64,000 bases of DNA from Candidatus Magasanikiibacteriota bacterium. Lineage in GTDB: Bacteria; Patescibacteriota; Patescibacteriia; Magasanikbacterales; GWA2-37-8. The DNA lies in NCBI GenBank assembly GCA_030650025.1, contig JAUSEN010000009.1, positions 93,144 to 157,143 of the forward strand, in the 5' to 3' direction. A model generated the notes under the pieces. It saw only the letters and a list, made by a program, of their open reading frames with translations. It was not told where the DNA came from and made no database searches. A program made the position numbers and the translations under genes. Positions 26,781 through 36,897 of this stretch are shown in pieces; the first letter of the stretch is position 1; every line of letters begins with the position of its first letter.

Positions 26781-27659
26781 ATGCCCACGACCAACGCTGG
26801 TTCCAACCCGCCCCGCCCCGCCCGTCTGCCCCGCCAGCCCGATGAGAACCTCCGTGTCGTTGGCGCCTTGCCGTTCTTCACCATCCACCTCGCCGTTATC
26901 TTCGGCGTCTTCCTGGTGGACTTCTCGTGGAAGGCGGCGATCTTGTGCGCCGTGGCGTACTACGTGCGCATGTGGGGAATCGCCGCCGGATTCCACCGAT
27001 ATTTGGCGCACCGTAGCTTCAAAACGTCTAGAGCCTTCCAGTTCTTCTTGGCCTTGCTCGGAACCATGGCCGCGCAGCGCGGCCCGCTCTGGTGGCTTGG
27101 GAAGCACCGCGAGCATCACCGCAACACGGATACGCCGCTCGATGTGCACTCGCCTTCGGTCCAGGGGTTTTGGTGGGCGCACATGTTGTGGTTCTTGTGC
27201 GCCAAGCACGACGGTACGGCGGACAAGATCAAGGCCGAATTTCAGGCTTACCCGGAAATCGGGTGGCTCGACCGGAACTATCTCATTCCGCCGCTCGCCC
27301 TCGCCCTCGCTCTCCTCGCCGTGTGGGGCCTCCCCGGCCTCTTCTGGGGGTTCTTCGCCTCCACCGTGCTCTTGTGGCACGGAACCTTTACGGTGAACTC
27401 CGTGATGCACCTCGAGAGCGTTGGCCAGCGGCGCTACCCGACACCGGATACCAGTCGCAACGTCTGGTGGCTCTGGCTCGTCACCCTCGGCGAGAATTGG
27501 CACAACAACCACCACCACTACCAGGGTGCCGAGAGCCAGGGCTTTTTCTGGTGGGAGGTGGATCTCGCCCACTACGGCCTCAAGGTCTTGTCGTGGTTCG
27601 GCTTGGTGTGGGATATCAAGAAGCCCACGCCCGCGGCCCTCGCCCCGCCGACTGCGTAG
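26781..27659 (+). CDS. Delta-9-type membrane fatty-acid desaturase, GC-rich
   Basis: His boxes HRYLAH, HREHH, GENWHNNHH; AAGGAG SD; promoter TTGACT-17-TACGAT at 26721. Confidence 0.93.
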   Translation: MPTTNAGSNPPRPARLPRQPDENLRVVGALPFFTIHLAVIFGVFLVDFSWKAAILCAVAYYVRMWGIAAGFHRYLAHRSFKTSRAFQFFLALLGTMAAQRGPLWWLGKHREHHRNTDTPLDVHSPSVQGFWWAHMLWFLCAKHDGTADKIKAEFQAYPEIGWLDRNYLIPPLALALALLAVWGLPGLFWGFFASTVLLWHGTFTVNSVMHLESVGQRRYPTPDTSRNVWWLWLVTLGENWHNNHHHYQGAESQGFFWWEVDLAHYGLKVLSWFGLVWDIKKPTPAALAPPTA

Positions 27660-27960
27660 CGGCCACCAGCGCTAATCATTATGCCCCTACCCTTGGCTTC
27701 AGCGGGCAGGAGGCTTCACAAGGTCTCCTCGCTCGTTATAACGGAAAAAATTTTTCGCTATAACGAGGGAGATCTTGGAGAAAATAAATAAGATAAATCG
27801 CCCCGACGTTATGCCGGAGCGGTTTTGTTTTTATATCGGATTTTATATCGATATCTTGACTTTTAGCAATTTTTATGATATTATCTTTTTCAACCACGTG
27901 GCAGTTTGGCTCCGGATCTACCGGCGCTAACCCGCCCCTCAACCCTCTTGAGAGGGAAAC

Positions 27961-28158
27961 ATGACGCGTTCCGATCGCCATCGCATCGAGGAGGCCCGCA
28001 CGGGCCGCGACCAGCCGCGCGCCGCGGCCACCACCCTGGGCAGTTCGCCTGACGCCGAACCGGGCGGCTCCACACCCCGTGGCACGAAGCCCGGCTTCAA
28101 GCTCGTGAAGCGCGGCACCCGCCGCACCGACCGGCGCCCGGGGGGAGGCTGCTTCTAG
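27961..28158 (+). CDS. GC-rich 65-aa basic peptide
   Basis: Purine-rich SD, promoter TTGACT-17-TATTAT at 27856, 3' hairpins. Confidence 0.55.
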   Translation: MTRSDRHRIEEARTGRDQPRAAATTLGSSPDAEPGGSTPRGTKPGFKLVKRGTRRTDRRPGGGCF

Positions 28159-28415
28159 CGGCCACCCCTGCCGCCCCTCCGCGAAGGAACCACCGGGGCG
28201 CCCAGTCATTCGACTGGGCGCCCCAAAACTAAAAATTAATTCCCTGCTTGTCTTAATTAAGATGAGCGGGGATTTTTTATTCGGGGATTACTTAGCCTGT
28301 TATTTAGTCCTTGCGTTTTTTTATAATTTGTATTAGTATGGTTCTCATTGTCGTGCCATCTTGCCCGCACTTTCGCGGGCCGATTGGCCGATTCGCCTCT
28401 GAAAGGAGGCTTCCC

Positions 28416-28736
28416 TTGAGCAAAATCATCAGGCACACCCGCGTCAGAGGGCACGTCACCAACGGCGACGTCGCCGCGGAGCTCGACCCCGCCGCGGTCG
28501 CCCGCTCCCAGCGGGCGTTCCGGGAGGAGTGCGGCGGGCCCCGTCGCCCGCGGCTCGCCCCCTCGCCCGCGCCCCAGGCGCAGGAACCGCGGCCGTCCAC
28601 CGATGCGGCCATCGCCGAGCTCGAGCGCAAGCTGGCGGCGCGCGGGATCATCACCCCCCGCGCCACCTCCGCGCCGCAGCCGGGCACGGCTCCGGGCGAG
28701 CCCCGCCCGGCCGGTTCCACGCCCGAGGCCTTTTAG
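28416..28736 (+). CDS. GC-rich Pro/Ala/Arg-rich hypothetical protein
   Basis: AAAGGAGG-6-TTG start, in frame with ORF 28311..28736. Confidence 0.6.
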   Translation: MSKIIRHTRVRGHVTNGDVAAELDPAAVARSQRAFREECGGPRRPRLAPSPAPQAQEPRPSTDAAIAELERKLAARGIITPRATSAPQPGTAPGEPRPAGSTPEAF

Positions 28737-28935
28737 GCCAGAGGGCGCCCCCCAGTAGGGGGGCAAGCAACATAACGGGGCGGCGTCTCTCGATGCACTT
28801 GAGACGCCGCCCTAGCTTCACCTCTTTAGCAGTAGAGGTTTTTTATTTTTTTATTGACACAATTTTCTTTCTTGTTATAATAACTAATAGACAGGAGGGG
28901 AACTCTGTCTTTTTTTATAATTTCAAACTTTGCTT

Positions 28936-29340
28936 ATGAACAATTCCCATTTACAAAAAGTTCTGCGTTTAATAAGGAAGACTCGCGACCGAGTGGTGGT
29001 TTTAGACCAAGAGAGTGATGATGTTCTCGTAATACTTCGTCTTGAAGATTACGAAGATTTAGTAGATGCTACTAAGACAGTAAGTAATACCGGCAGTAAT
29101 GCCGAGAGTAATAATAATCAAGAATCAATTTTGCCTTCTCCGGCTGACGAAGAGCAATTTACCTCGCCGCCAGGCGGGGCGCCTCTCCCTTCACAAAATA
29201 TTCACAGCTTCCCTAATGCTAAACAAAAATTAGATTTTAGCAGTGACTGGCAGGAGCAAAATGCCTCGCATTTCGAGCCTCTGGACAGCCTCCCAGAGGA
29301 CGAGGTTGAAGAAAAATTTTACCCCGAACCGGTGGAATAA
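28936..29340 (+). CDS. Hypothetical protein with acidic C-terminus
   Basis: Native-composition ORF upstream of tuf. Confidence 0.75.
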   Translation: MNNSHLQKVLRLIRKTRDRVVVLDQESDDVLVILRLEDYEDLVDATKTVSNTGSNAESNNNQESILPSPADEEQFTSPPGGAPLPSQNIHSFPNAKQKLDFSSDWQEQNASHFEPLDSLPEDEVEEKFYPEPVE

Positions 29341-29343
29341 TTG

Positions 29344-29372
29344 GTAGAGACGCCCCGCCGGGGCGTCTCTAC
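29344..29372. repeat. GTAG-tagged palindrome
   Basis: GTAGAGACGCCCCG-C-CGGGGCGTCTCTAC. Confidence 0.8.
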
Positions 29373-29567
29373 ATGGTTTGTTCAGGTTTTGTCCACACTT
29401 TGCCCTCTTGCCAAAATTTGGCTAACCTGTTACAATGGTGGCGAATTACATTTGCCTATTTGGGCTATTAATTTTTTTATCTAATTGTAGCTATTTTGCT
29501 ACGCTTGCGGCTGGACAATAAATCTGCGTGGGATCCTCCCCGCCAGTGCCGCGTAACGTTTTTACAT

Positions 29568-30758
29568 ATGGCAGAGTTTGTACGCTCCAAGCCACACGTA
29601 AACATTGGAACCATTGGCCACGTCGATCATGGCAAAACCACGACGACCGCCGCGATTTTAAAAGTATTGGCCGCCCACGGCCAAACTGCTGATGTCGCTT
29701 CAGCCGACAAGCTCGACAAGGCTCCCGAATCTAAGAGCCGCGGTATTACTATCGCCACCGCTCACGTGGAGTACGAAACCGCCAACCGCCACTACGCTCA
29801 TGTGGATTGCCCTGGCCACGCGGACTATGTTAAGAATATGATCACGGGCGCGGCCCAGATGGACGGCGCTATTTTGGTGGTCTCCGCCGCGGACGGCCCC
29901 ATGCCGCAAACTCGCGAGCACATCTTGCTCGCTCGTCAAGTCGGCGTGCCTTACATCGTGGTTTACCTCAACAAGGTAGATATGGTGAGCGATCCCGAAT
30001 TGATTGATTTAGTCGAAGCCGAAGTGCGCGACCTTTTAACCAAATATAAATTCCCGGGCGACAAAATTCCGGTTATTCGCGGTTCCTCTACCAAAGCTTT
30101 GGAAAACCCATCTGATGAAGCCGCCGCCAAGCCAATTTTGGACTTGATGGCCGCCTGCGATCAGTATATTCCCGAGCCCACTCGCGCGACCGACAAACCA
30201 TTCCTCATGCCAGTTGAAGACGTCTTCTCCATTGAAGGCCGCGGTACAGTCGTGACCGGCCGTATCGAACGCGGTATTGTAAAAATCAATGACGAAATTT
30301 CGATCGTTGGCCTGCGTGAAGAGCCCATGAAGACCGTCGTTACCGGAATCGAAATGTTTAACAAGAGCCTGAAAGAAGGCCAAGCGGGCGATAACGCCGG
30401 CATTCTGCTCCGTGGTACTAAAAAAGAAGAAGTGGAACGCGGCATGGTGCTTGCTAAACCCGGCTCCATTACTCCTCACACCGAGTACGAAGGCCAGGTT
30501 TACGTTTTGACCAAAGAAGAAGGCGGCCGCCACAAGCCTTTCTTCAAGGGTTACAAGCCCCAGTTCTATATTCGCACTACCGATGTTACTGGCGAAGTAG
30601 AGCTCCCGGCTGGCACGGAAATGGTTATGCCGGGCGACACCGTCAACATCAAAGTCAAGCTTATCACTCCGGTTGCCATGGAAGAAAAGATGAACTTTGC
30701 TATCCGTGAAGGTGGTCGCACGGTCGGCGCTGGTGTGGTAGTGAAAATTATAAAATAA
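29568..30758 (+). CDS. tuf: Elongation factor Tu
   Basis: [34 protein letters not shown]. Confidence 0.99.
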   Translation: MAEFVRSKPHVNIGTIGHVDHGKTTTTAAILKVLAAHGQTADVASADKLDKAPESKSRGITIATAHVEYETANRHYAHVDCPGHADYVKNMITGAAQMDGAILVVSAADGPMPQTREHILLARQVGVPYIVVYLNKVDMVSDPELIDLVEAEVRDLLTKYKFPGDKIPVIRGSSTKALENPSDEAAAKPILDLMAACDQYIPEPTRATDKPFLMPVEDVFSIEGRGTVVTGRIERGIVKINDEISIVGLREEPMKTVVTGIEMFNKSLKEGQAGDNAGILLRGTKKEEVERGMVLAKPGSITPHTEYEGQVYVLTKEEGGRHKPFFKGYKPQFYIRTTDVTGEVELPAGTEMVMPGDTVNIKVKLITPVAMEEKMNFAIREGGRTVGAGVVVKIIK

Positions 30759-30768
30759 ATTATTTTTT

Positions 30769-30798
30769 TGTAGGGGGCGCATATATGCGCCCCCTACA
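30769..30798. repeat. GTAG-tagged palindrome
   Basis: TGTAGGGGGCGCATATATGCGCCCCCTACA. Confidence 0.85.
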
Positions 30799-30822
30799 AA
30801 ATTTTGTTCTTTTAAGACTAAC

Positions 30823-31281
30823 ATGAACGCCACTGCTCCAAAAACTACCGCGGTCAAACATCATGCGCCCAAGGCCAGTGCCGCTAAAGCCGCTGTTACC
30901 AAAGTAGCCGTACTCGCCAAAGGCGCCATGCCTGCCGGCAGGCAGGGACCCGCCTCGGGCGGGAAAAAAGAAGAAGCGGTGAGCCGTATTCGCTTAAAAA
31001 TTCGCGCTTACGACAGCCGCATTATCGACCAGGCCACCAAGACTATTGTTGATACCGCGAACCGCTATGAAGCCAAAGTAGTGGGCCCCGTGCCCTTGCC
31101 GACCGAAAAGACTAAATTTACTGTTAACCGCTCCAGTTTTATTGACAAAAATGCCCGCGAACAGTTTGAGATGCGCACCCACAAGCGATTAATCGATATA
31201 ATCAACGCCAATCCGCAGTGTGTGGACGCTCTTATGAGCCTGAACCTCCCGAGCGGCGTGGATGTAGAAATTAAGATGTAA
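30823..31281 (+). CDS. rpsJ: 30S ribosomal protein S10 with N-terminal extension
   Basis: [28 protein letters not shown]. Confidence 0.96.
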   Translation: MNATAPKTTAVKHHAPKASAAKAAVTKVAVLAKGAMPAGRQGPASGGKKEEAVSRIRLKIRAYDSRIIDQATKTIVDTANRYEAKVVGPVPLPTEKTKFTVNRSSFIDKNAREQFEMRTHKRLIDIINANPQCVDALMSLNLPSGVDVEIKM

Positions 31282-31479
31282 TGCGCCTCTTCGGCGCATC
31301 CGCCGAAGAGGCGGGCTTGACAGCCAATAAAAAATAGTATAAACTGGTGCCAAGTATAAAAAATCAAAACCACTAAACGCCAAGTCAATAAGATCCGCCG
31401 ATGAGGCGGAAAACATTGCGGCGGCGGTTTAGAGGCAGGAGTAAAATAAGCTTGACAACTACCAACACAAAACCTTATC

Positions 31480-31569
31480 TGTCATTCTGAGGTCGCCTAA
31501 GGCGACCGAAGAATCTAAGCGTAAAAACCCTTAAAATAACTCAGATCTTTCGCTACGCTCAAGATGACA
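31480..31569. repeat. TGTCATTCTGAG..CTCAAGATGACA repeat
   Basis: Copies at 35147 and 40751. Confidence 0.9.
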
Positions 31570-31678
31570 AAAAACGCGACTGGCGTTTTGTAAGGCTAGA
31601 AGCGCGGGTACTAAAATTTTTTAGTATGAGCGCTTCTAGTTTTTTGTTCGGGAAACAAAAAAATAAAGGGAAAAGATT

Positions 31679-32416
31679 ATGAAGTTTATTTTAGGCAAAA
31701 AAATTGGCATGACTCAAGTTTTCCGCCCCTCGGGAGAGATGGTGCCGGTTACTCGTGTATTAGCAGGTCCTTGCCAGGTTGTGCAAATTAAAGACGGCTC
31801 CAAAGAAGGTTCCAAAGATAATCAAACCGCTTTGCAAATTGGTTTTGGCGTCAAACGCGCTTTCCGGGTAAAAAAACCAGAGCAAGGCCATTTGAAAGAT
31901 TTAGAACTCTCCGCATTTTTAACAGATTTTGCCGTGGAAAAAGTTGCGGGCGTCGCGCGCGGCGATTTAATTTTGGTAGATACTTTTGCGGTTGGTGATA
32001 TTGCGAATGTGGTAGGCGTCAGCAAAGGCAAAGGTTTTGCCGGGGTGGTTAAACGCCACCATTTTAGAGGCGCTCCCAAGAGCCACGGCCACAAGCACGA
32101 TTTGCGCGCTCCGGGGAGTATTGGCGCCGGCGGCGTTCAGCGCGTTTTTAAAGGCATGCGCATGGCTGGCCGCATGGGCGGCGATCGCGTCACTGTTAAA
32201 AATCTGGAAATTGTCGAGATTCACCCCGAGACTAACGAACTTTATATTAAAGGCGCTGTTCCCGGCGGTCGCAATGCGATTTTACAAATTCTCGCCCCTG
32301 GCGAATTAAAAATTACCAAACCAAACCCAGCCAAGGGCTCGGAAGTGGCTCTGTCCGAAGAGGTGGTTATTCCCGTTATTGATAGTGTGCCTGCTCCGGC
32401 CGCGGCCACTGTTTAA
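31679..32416 (+). CDS. rplC: 50S ribosomal protein L3
   Basis: GKKIGMTQ, SKGKGFAGVVKRH. Confidence 0.98.
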   Translation: MKFILGKKIGMTQVFRPSGEMVPVTRVLAGPCQVVQIKDGSKEGSKDNQTALQIGFGVKRAFRVKKPEQGHLKDLELSAFLTDFAVEKVAGVARGDLILVDTFAVGDIANVVGVSKGKGFAGVVKRHHFRGAPKSHGHKHDLRAPGSIGAGGVQRVFKGMRMAGRMGGDRVTVKNLEIVEIHPETNELYIKGAVPGGRNAILQILAPGELKITKPNPAKGSEVALSEEVVIPVIDSVPAPAAATV

Positions 32417-32424
32417 TTGAACAT

Positions 32425-33054
32425 ATGCAGTTAAAAGTTTATACCAAGCAAGGCCAAGAAGCGAGCAAGCTGGAAGTAGCGGACGCGGTTTTTGGCGTTA
32501 AAATTAAACCGGCTCTGGTCCACGAAGTTTTTGTCGCTCAAACCAACAACCAGCGTGAGCCCTGGGCCGCCACCAAAACTCGCGGTGATGTTAGGGGCGG
32601 TGGTAAAAAACCTTGGAAGCAAAAAGGCACTGGCCGCGCTCGCCACGGTTCAACGCGTTCCCCAATTTGGGTCGGTGGCGGCGTTACCATGGGCCCTAAA
32701 GCCGACCGTTCTTACAAATCCAAAATTAATAAAACCGCGCGCCGCCTGGCTACCAAAATGTGTCTGTCGGACAAAGTCAAAAACGAGGCGTTTTATGTAA
32801 TTGACCAGTTTGATTTCGCGGCGCCCAAAACCAAATTATTTGTCGCTTTAATCAAAGCTTTGCCCACGAATAAACATTCTTTCTTAATTTTAACCGACGG
32901 CAAAGACGAAAACGTCATTCGCCAAACTAAGAATTTGCCAAAAATCACCACGGTCCGCGCTGAAGATGTGAGTGTGATGGATTTAGTTAAGAAACAAGTA
33001 GTGGTGGCGAGCGTGGACGCTGTTAAGCGCCTGGAAAAATTATTTGTAAAATAA
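32425..33054 (+). CDS. rplD: 50S ribosomal protein L4
   Basis: [15 protein letters not shown]. Confidence 0.98.
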   Translation: MQLKVYTKQGQEASKLEVADAVFGVKIKPALVHEVFVAQTNNQREPWAATKTRGDVRGGGKKPWKQKGTGRARHGSTRSPIWVGGGVTMGPKADRSYKSKINKTARRLATKMCLSDKVKNEAFYVIDQFDFAAPKTKLFVALIKALPTNKHSFLILTDGKDENVIRQTKNLPKITTVRAEDVSVMDLVKKQVVVASVDAVKRLEKLFVK

Positions 33055-33055
33055 T

Positions 33056-33505
33056 ATGGGGTTACTTGATCGCTGGAGCAAAAAAATTACCTCTGCCAAG
33101 CTTAAAAATAACGACGATAAGTCCGCTCCGGTTAAGGCTGCCCTCAAGTCTGCCACAGCTGAAACCAAAACAGAAAATAAAGGCGAAACCAAAGTAACCG
33201 CTGTTAGCAAAACCACCGCCTCTAAGCATTTTAATATTGTCATTCGCCCTTTGGTTACCGAGAAGTCAGCGCGGGCGGAATCGGTTCGTAAATATACTTT
33301 TATAGTGGCGGCCTCGGCCAACAAGACTGAAGTTAAAAATGCCGTAAAAAACATGTATGGTGTCTTGCCCGTATCGGTAAATATCGTTAATGTTCAAGGT
33401 AAAAATATTCGTTTTGGGAAGAGCCGCGGCCGCCGCTCGGATTTTAAAAAAGCGATTGTCACTTTGCCTAAAGGAGAGAAGCTGACAGTACATGAGGGTG
33501 TTTAG
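33056..33505 (+). CDS. rplW: 50S ribosomal protein L23 with N-terminal extension
   Basis: RPLVTEKS, KKAIVTL. Confidence 0.95.
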   Translation: MGLLDRWSKKITSAKLKNNDDKSAPVKAALKSATAETKTENKGETKVTAVSKTTASKHFNIVIRPLVTEKSARAESVRKYTFIVAASANKTEVKNAVKNMYGVLPVSVNIVNVQGKNIRFGKSRGRRSDFKKAIVTLPKGEKLTVHEGV

Positions 33506-33528
33506 TTACTAGAGTCTAAAGTCCAATT

Positions 33529-34377
33529 ATGCCGATTAAAGTTTACAAACCAACCAGCCCGGGCCGCCGTAAATCGAGCGTTGATTCGTTTTCTGATATT
33601 ACCAAATTTAAACCCGAAAAGAGTTTAATCACGATTTTAAAGAAAAATTCCGGGCGCAATAACCAGGGCCGCATTACCGTGCGCCATCAGGGGGGCGGCG
33701 CCAAAAAAATGTACCGCTTGGTGGATTTTAAACAACAGAAATTTAATATTTCCGCCACAGTTGAAGCCATTGAATATGACCCTAACCGCGGCGCGCGCAT
33801 CGCTTTAGTTAAATATACCGATAACGCCAAGGCTTACTTGCTTGCCCCCGAAGGCATCGCGGTCGGCGCTAAAGTCATGTCTTCCGAGCAGACGATTGAA
33901 GCCAAAACCGGCAACCGTATGCCTCTCGAGTTTATTCCCGGTGGCTTGTTCATTTTCAATATCGAACTGACTCCCGGCAAGGGCGGCCAAATTGTGCGCG
34001 GCGCCGGCCTCTCGGCCCAGCTCCTTGGAGTAGAGGGAAAATATGCTAATGTAAAATTACCGAGTGGCGAAATTCGCATGATTCTTAAAGAATGCGCCGC
34101 GACTATCGGCGTCCTTTCCAATCCGGACCGCCGCCTCATTCGCTGGGGCAAAGCCGGGCGCATGCGCCACCGCGGCATTAAACCTACCGTTAAAGGTAAA
34201 AATATGAACCCGGTGGACCACCCGCACGGTGGCGGCGAAGGCCACAGCCCCATTGGCCAAAAGCGCGGCGCCATGACTGTTTATGGCAAAAAGGCGCGCG
34301 GCATTAAGACCCGTAAACCTCAAAAATGGAGCAATAAGTTTATTATTCAGCCGCGTAAAGGCAAGTTAAGCGCCTAA
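33529..34377 (+). CDS. rplB: 50S ribosomal protein L2
   Basis: IEYDPNR, MNPVDHPHGGGEG. Confidence 0.99.
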   Translation: MPIKVYKPTSPGRRKSSVDSFSDITKFKPEKSLITILKKNSGRNNQGRITVRHQGGGAKKMYRLVDFKQQKFNISATVEAIEYDPNRGARIALVKYTDNAKAYLLAPEGIAVGAKVMSSEQTIEAKTGNRMPLEFIPGGLFIFNIELTPGKGGQIVRGAGLSAQLLGVEGKYANVKLPSGEIRMILKECAATIGVLSNPDRRLIRWGKAGRMRHRGIKPTVKGKNMNPVDHPHGGGEGHSPIGQKRGAMTVYGKKARGIKTRKPQKWSNKFIIQPRKGKLSA

Positions 34378-34387
34378 TTAATCATTT

Positions 34388-34723
34388 ATGTCTAGAAGTT
34401 TGAAAAAAGGTTTGTATGTTGATGAGCGCATCTTAAAAAAAGTTGCGGCTTTAAAAGCGCAGGGTAAACGCACGCCGATTAAAACCTGGATCCGCGCTTG
34501 TGTTATTTCTCCGGAAATGGTTGGCTACACTTTTCAAGTGCACAATGGCAAACTATTTATTGATGTTTTAGCCGAAGAAAATATGGTGGGGCATCGCTTG
34601 GGTGAATATTCGCCGACGCGCAAATTTGTCCGCCATGGCGGTAAGATGCAAAAAGAAATCGAAGCCAAAGCCTCTGGCTCGGCCGTTCCGGCCTCGGCTG
34701 CCGCTCCCGCTAAAAAAAAATAG
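34388..34723 (+). CDS. rpsS: 30S ribosomal protein S19
   Basis: [21 protein letters not shown]. Confidence 0.98.
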   Translation: MSRSLKKGLYVDERILKKVAALKAQGKRTPIKTWIRACVISPEMVGYTFQVHNGKLFIDVLAEENMVGHRLGEYSPTRKFVRHGGKMQKEIEAKASGSAVPASAAAPAKKK

Positions 34724-34744
34724 TCTAAATTCGAAATTAATTAT

Positions 34745-35125
34745 ATGATCAGTGTCACTGCCAAATTACGTTACTACCGAATGGGCCCGCGCAAAATGCG
34801 CCTCTTGGCCGATGTTATTCGTGGTCGCGATGTGGCCCGTGCCGAATCCGCTCTGTCGGTTTTAAATAAAAAAGGCTCTCCGGTACTGATCAAGCTATTG
34901 CGCTCGGCAGTGGCGAATGCTAAAAATAATCATAATTTAGATACTAATCTGCTCCGCGTCGCGTCCCTGACTGTGGACGGCGGCCCCAGCCTAAAGCGCT
35001 GGCTGCCGCGCGCCCATGGCCGCGCCACTCCTATCCGCGAGCGCACTTGCCATGTCACTTTAACTTTAGCGCCTTTTGAAAAGAAAACTAAAGTTAAAGT
35101 AAAAAAAGATAACAAAATTTCATAA
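34745..35125 (+). CDS. rplV: 50S ribosomal protein L22
   Basis: PRKMRLLAD, PRAHGRA. Confidence 0.98.
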   Translation: MISVTAKLRYYRMGPRKMRLLADVIRGRDVARAESALSVLNKKGSPVLIKLLRSAVANAKNNHNLDTNLLRVASLTVDGGPSLKRWLPRAHGRATPIRERTCHVTLTLAPFEKKTKVKVKKDNKIS

Positions 35126-35146
35126 ATAAAAAAAATTTTCCAAATC

Positions 35147-35226
35147 TGTCATTCTGAGCGAAGCGAAGAATCTAAGCGCTTACAACGCTTAATCAACTTA
35201 GATCTTTCGCTGCGCTCAAGATGACA
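35147..35226. repeat. TGTCATTCTGAG..CTCAAGATGACA repeat
   Basis: Between rplV and rpsC. Confidence 0.9.
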
Positions 35227-35244
35227 AATACGAAGCAACATTTT

Positions 35245-35997
35245 ATGGGTCACAAAGTCCATCCAAAAATTCATCGCACGCCAGCCATCTTCCCTTGGGA
35301 TTCTCGCTGGTACGCCAAAAAGGAATTATATCCCGAATTTTTAGAGCAGGAAATCGCTATCCGCGAACTGCTGGGGAAGAAGCTGAAAGACGCCGGGCTC
35401 GACGCTATTAGCGTTGAACGCAGCCCCAAAGAAATGGTGATAACTATTTTGGCGGCTAAACCCGGCGCGGTTATTGGCCGCGGCGGCTCCGGGCTCGAGG
35501 ACATTCGTAAAATAATTGAGCGTAAGATTTTAAAATTTAAAATCAAAGTTAAGTTAAATATTCAGGCTGTCGCCCAGCCCGCTCTGTCCGCCGCTATTGT
35601 GGCGCAAGCCTGCGCCGCCGAAATCGAGCGCCGCTTGCCCTTTCGCCGCGTGATGAAGCAAGCCATTGAAAAAACTATGTCCGCCGGGGCGCAGGGTGTC
35701 AAAATTAACATGTCGGGCCGCCTCAACGGCGCCGAAATCGCGCGCACCGAAAAACTAGGTTCTGGTAAAATGTCCCTTATCACCGTGCGTAGCCATGTGG
35801 ATTACGCTTTAGCCGAAGCCCAGACTTTGCAAGGTAAAATTGGCGTTAAAGTTTGGATTTATAAGGGCGAAGTTTTTGGTAAATACGATAAATTTGAAAA
35901 ACAAGCCGAGCCTACCCACCAGAACCACTCTAGTCAGCGCCCCGCGCCCCGCGCCCCCTCCCGACCGGCTACTGCCCCCGCGCGGCCGATTAAATAA
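35245..35997 (+). CDS. rpsC: 30S ribosomal protein S3
   Basis: MGHKVHP, GRLNGAEIARTE, GVKVWIY. Confidence 0.98.
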   Translation: MGHKVHPKIHRTPAIFPWDSRWYAKKELYPEFLEQEIAIRELLGKKLKDAGLDAISVERSPKEMVITILAAKPGAVIGRGGSGLEDIRKIIERKILKFKIKVKLNIQAVAQPALSAAIVAQACAAEIERRLPFRRVMKQAIEKTMSAGAQGVKINMSGRLNGAEIARTEKLGSGKMSLITVRSHVDYALAEAQTLQGKIGVKVWIYKGEVFGKYDKFEKQAEPTHQNHSSQRPAPRAPSRPATAPARPIK

Positions 35998-36003
35998 TAT
36001 ATT

Positions 36004-36420
36004 ATGCTGTTACCTAAAAAAGTAAAACACCGTAAATGGCATAAAGGGCGCCGCCGCAACCTGGGCGTCGCGACGCGTGCTACCAAACTTTCTTTTGGCG
36101 ACTATGGTTTGAAATCCGAGACCCACGGCTGGGTTACCAGCCGCCAAATTGAAGCCGCCCGTAAAGTTTTAACGCGCTATGTTCGCCGCGGTGGTAAAGT
36201 CTGGATCCGTATTTTTCCGGACAAGCCAGTTACTAAAAAAGGTAACGAAGTACCGATGGGCGGCGGCAAAGGCGCTCCCGATCACTATGTAGCCGTAATC
36301 AAGCCAGGCACTGTCATGTTTGAGATGGTGGGAGTGCCAGAGAGTGAAGCCAAAGAAGCTTTGGCTATGGCCGGCTACAAGTTCGGCGTTCAAACCAGAT
36401 TTGTGCAAAAATTAGTCTAA
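36004..36420 (+). CDS. rplP: 50S ribosomal protein L16
   Basis: [22 protein letters not shown]. Confidence 0.98.
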   Translation: MLLPKKVKHRKWHKGRRRNLGVATRATKLSFGDYGLKSETHGWVTSRQIEAARKVLTRYVRRGGKVWIRIFPDKPVTKKGNEVPMGGGKGAPDHYVAVIKPGTVMFEMVGVPESEAKEALAMAGYKFGVQTRFVQKLV

Positions 36421-36430
36421 ATATTTTGGT

Positions 36431-36622
36431 ATGGACCTAAAAGATTTAAAAGCTGTTAATACTGATGAATTGAAAAATCTGCTCCAAGAGAAGCGGCTCG
36501 CTTTACATGGCTTAAAGCAAAAGTCCAAGAGCCGCACTTTAAAACAAGTACATTTGCCCAAAACCACCCGCCGCACTGTTGCTCGTATTTTAACCATTTT
36601 AAAAGATCGCCAGCCCGTTTAA
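36431..36622 (+). CDS. rpmC: 50S ribosomal protein L29
   Basis: Operon position and RRTVARILT. Confidence 0.9.
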   Translation: MDLKDLKAVNTDELKNLLQEKRLALHGLKQKSKSRTLKQVHLPKTTRRTVARILTILKDRQPV

Positions 36623-36626
36623 TTAT

Positions 36627-36896
36627 ATGACTACTACGCAACCAGCCAACTCAACTAAAAATTTGCGCGCTTTTTCCGGCACGGTTATTTCTGCCGCTAT
36701 GGCCAAAACTATCGTGGTTCGGGTCGATCGTTTTAAACTCCACCCCAAATACCAAAAGCGTTATAAAGTTTCCGGCAAATACCATGTTCACGACGAGAAG
36801 AATACCGCCCAAGTAGGGGATACAGTAAAAATTGTAGCCTGCCGCCCTATGAGCAAAACCAAGCGCTGGCGTTTAGCTGCCGTTGTCCAAAAATAA
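36627..36896 (+). CDS. rpsQ: 30S ribosomal protein S17
   Basis: [17 protein letters not shown]. Confidence 0.97.
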   Translation: MTTTQPANSTKNLRAFSGTVISAAMAKTIVVRVDRFKLHPKYQKRYKVSGKYHVHDEKNTAQVGDTVKIVACRPMSKTKRWRLAAVVQK

Positions 36897-36897
36897 T

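Noticed and set aside
21492-28939. Many overlapping ORFs in the GC-rich patches (e.g. 26664..27572, 27092..27763, 28257..28766)
   Set aside because: Expected stop-poor shadow frames of high-GC genes; no SD and no matching codon bias
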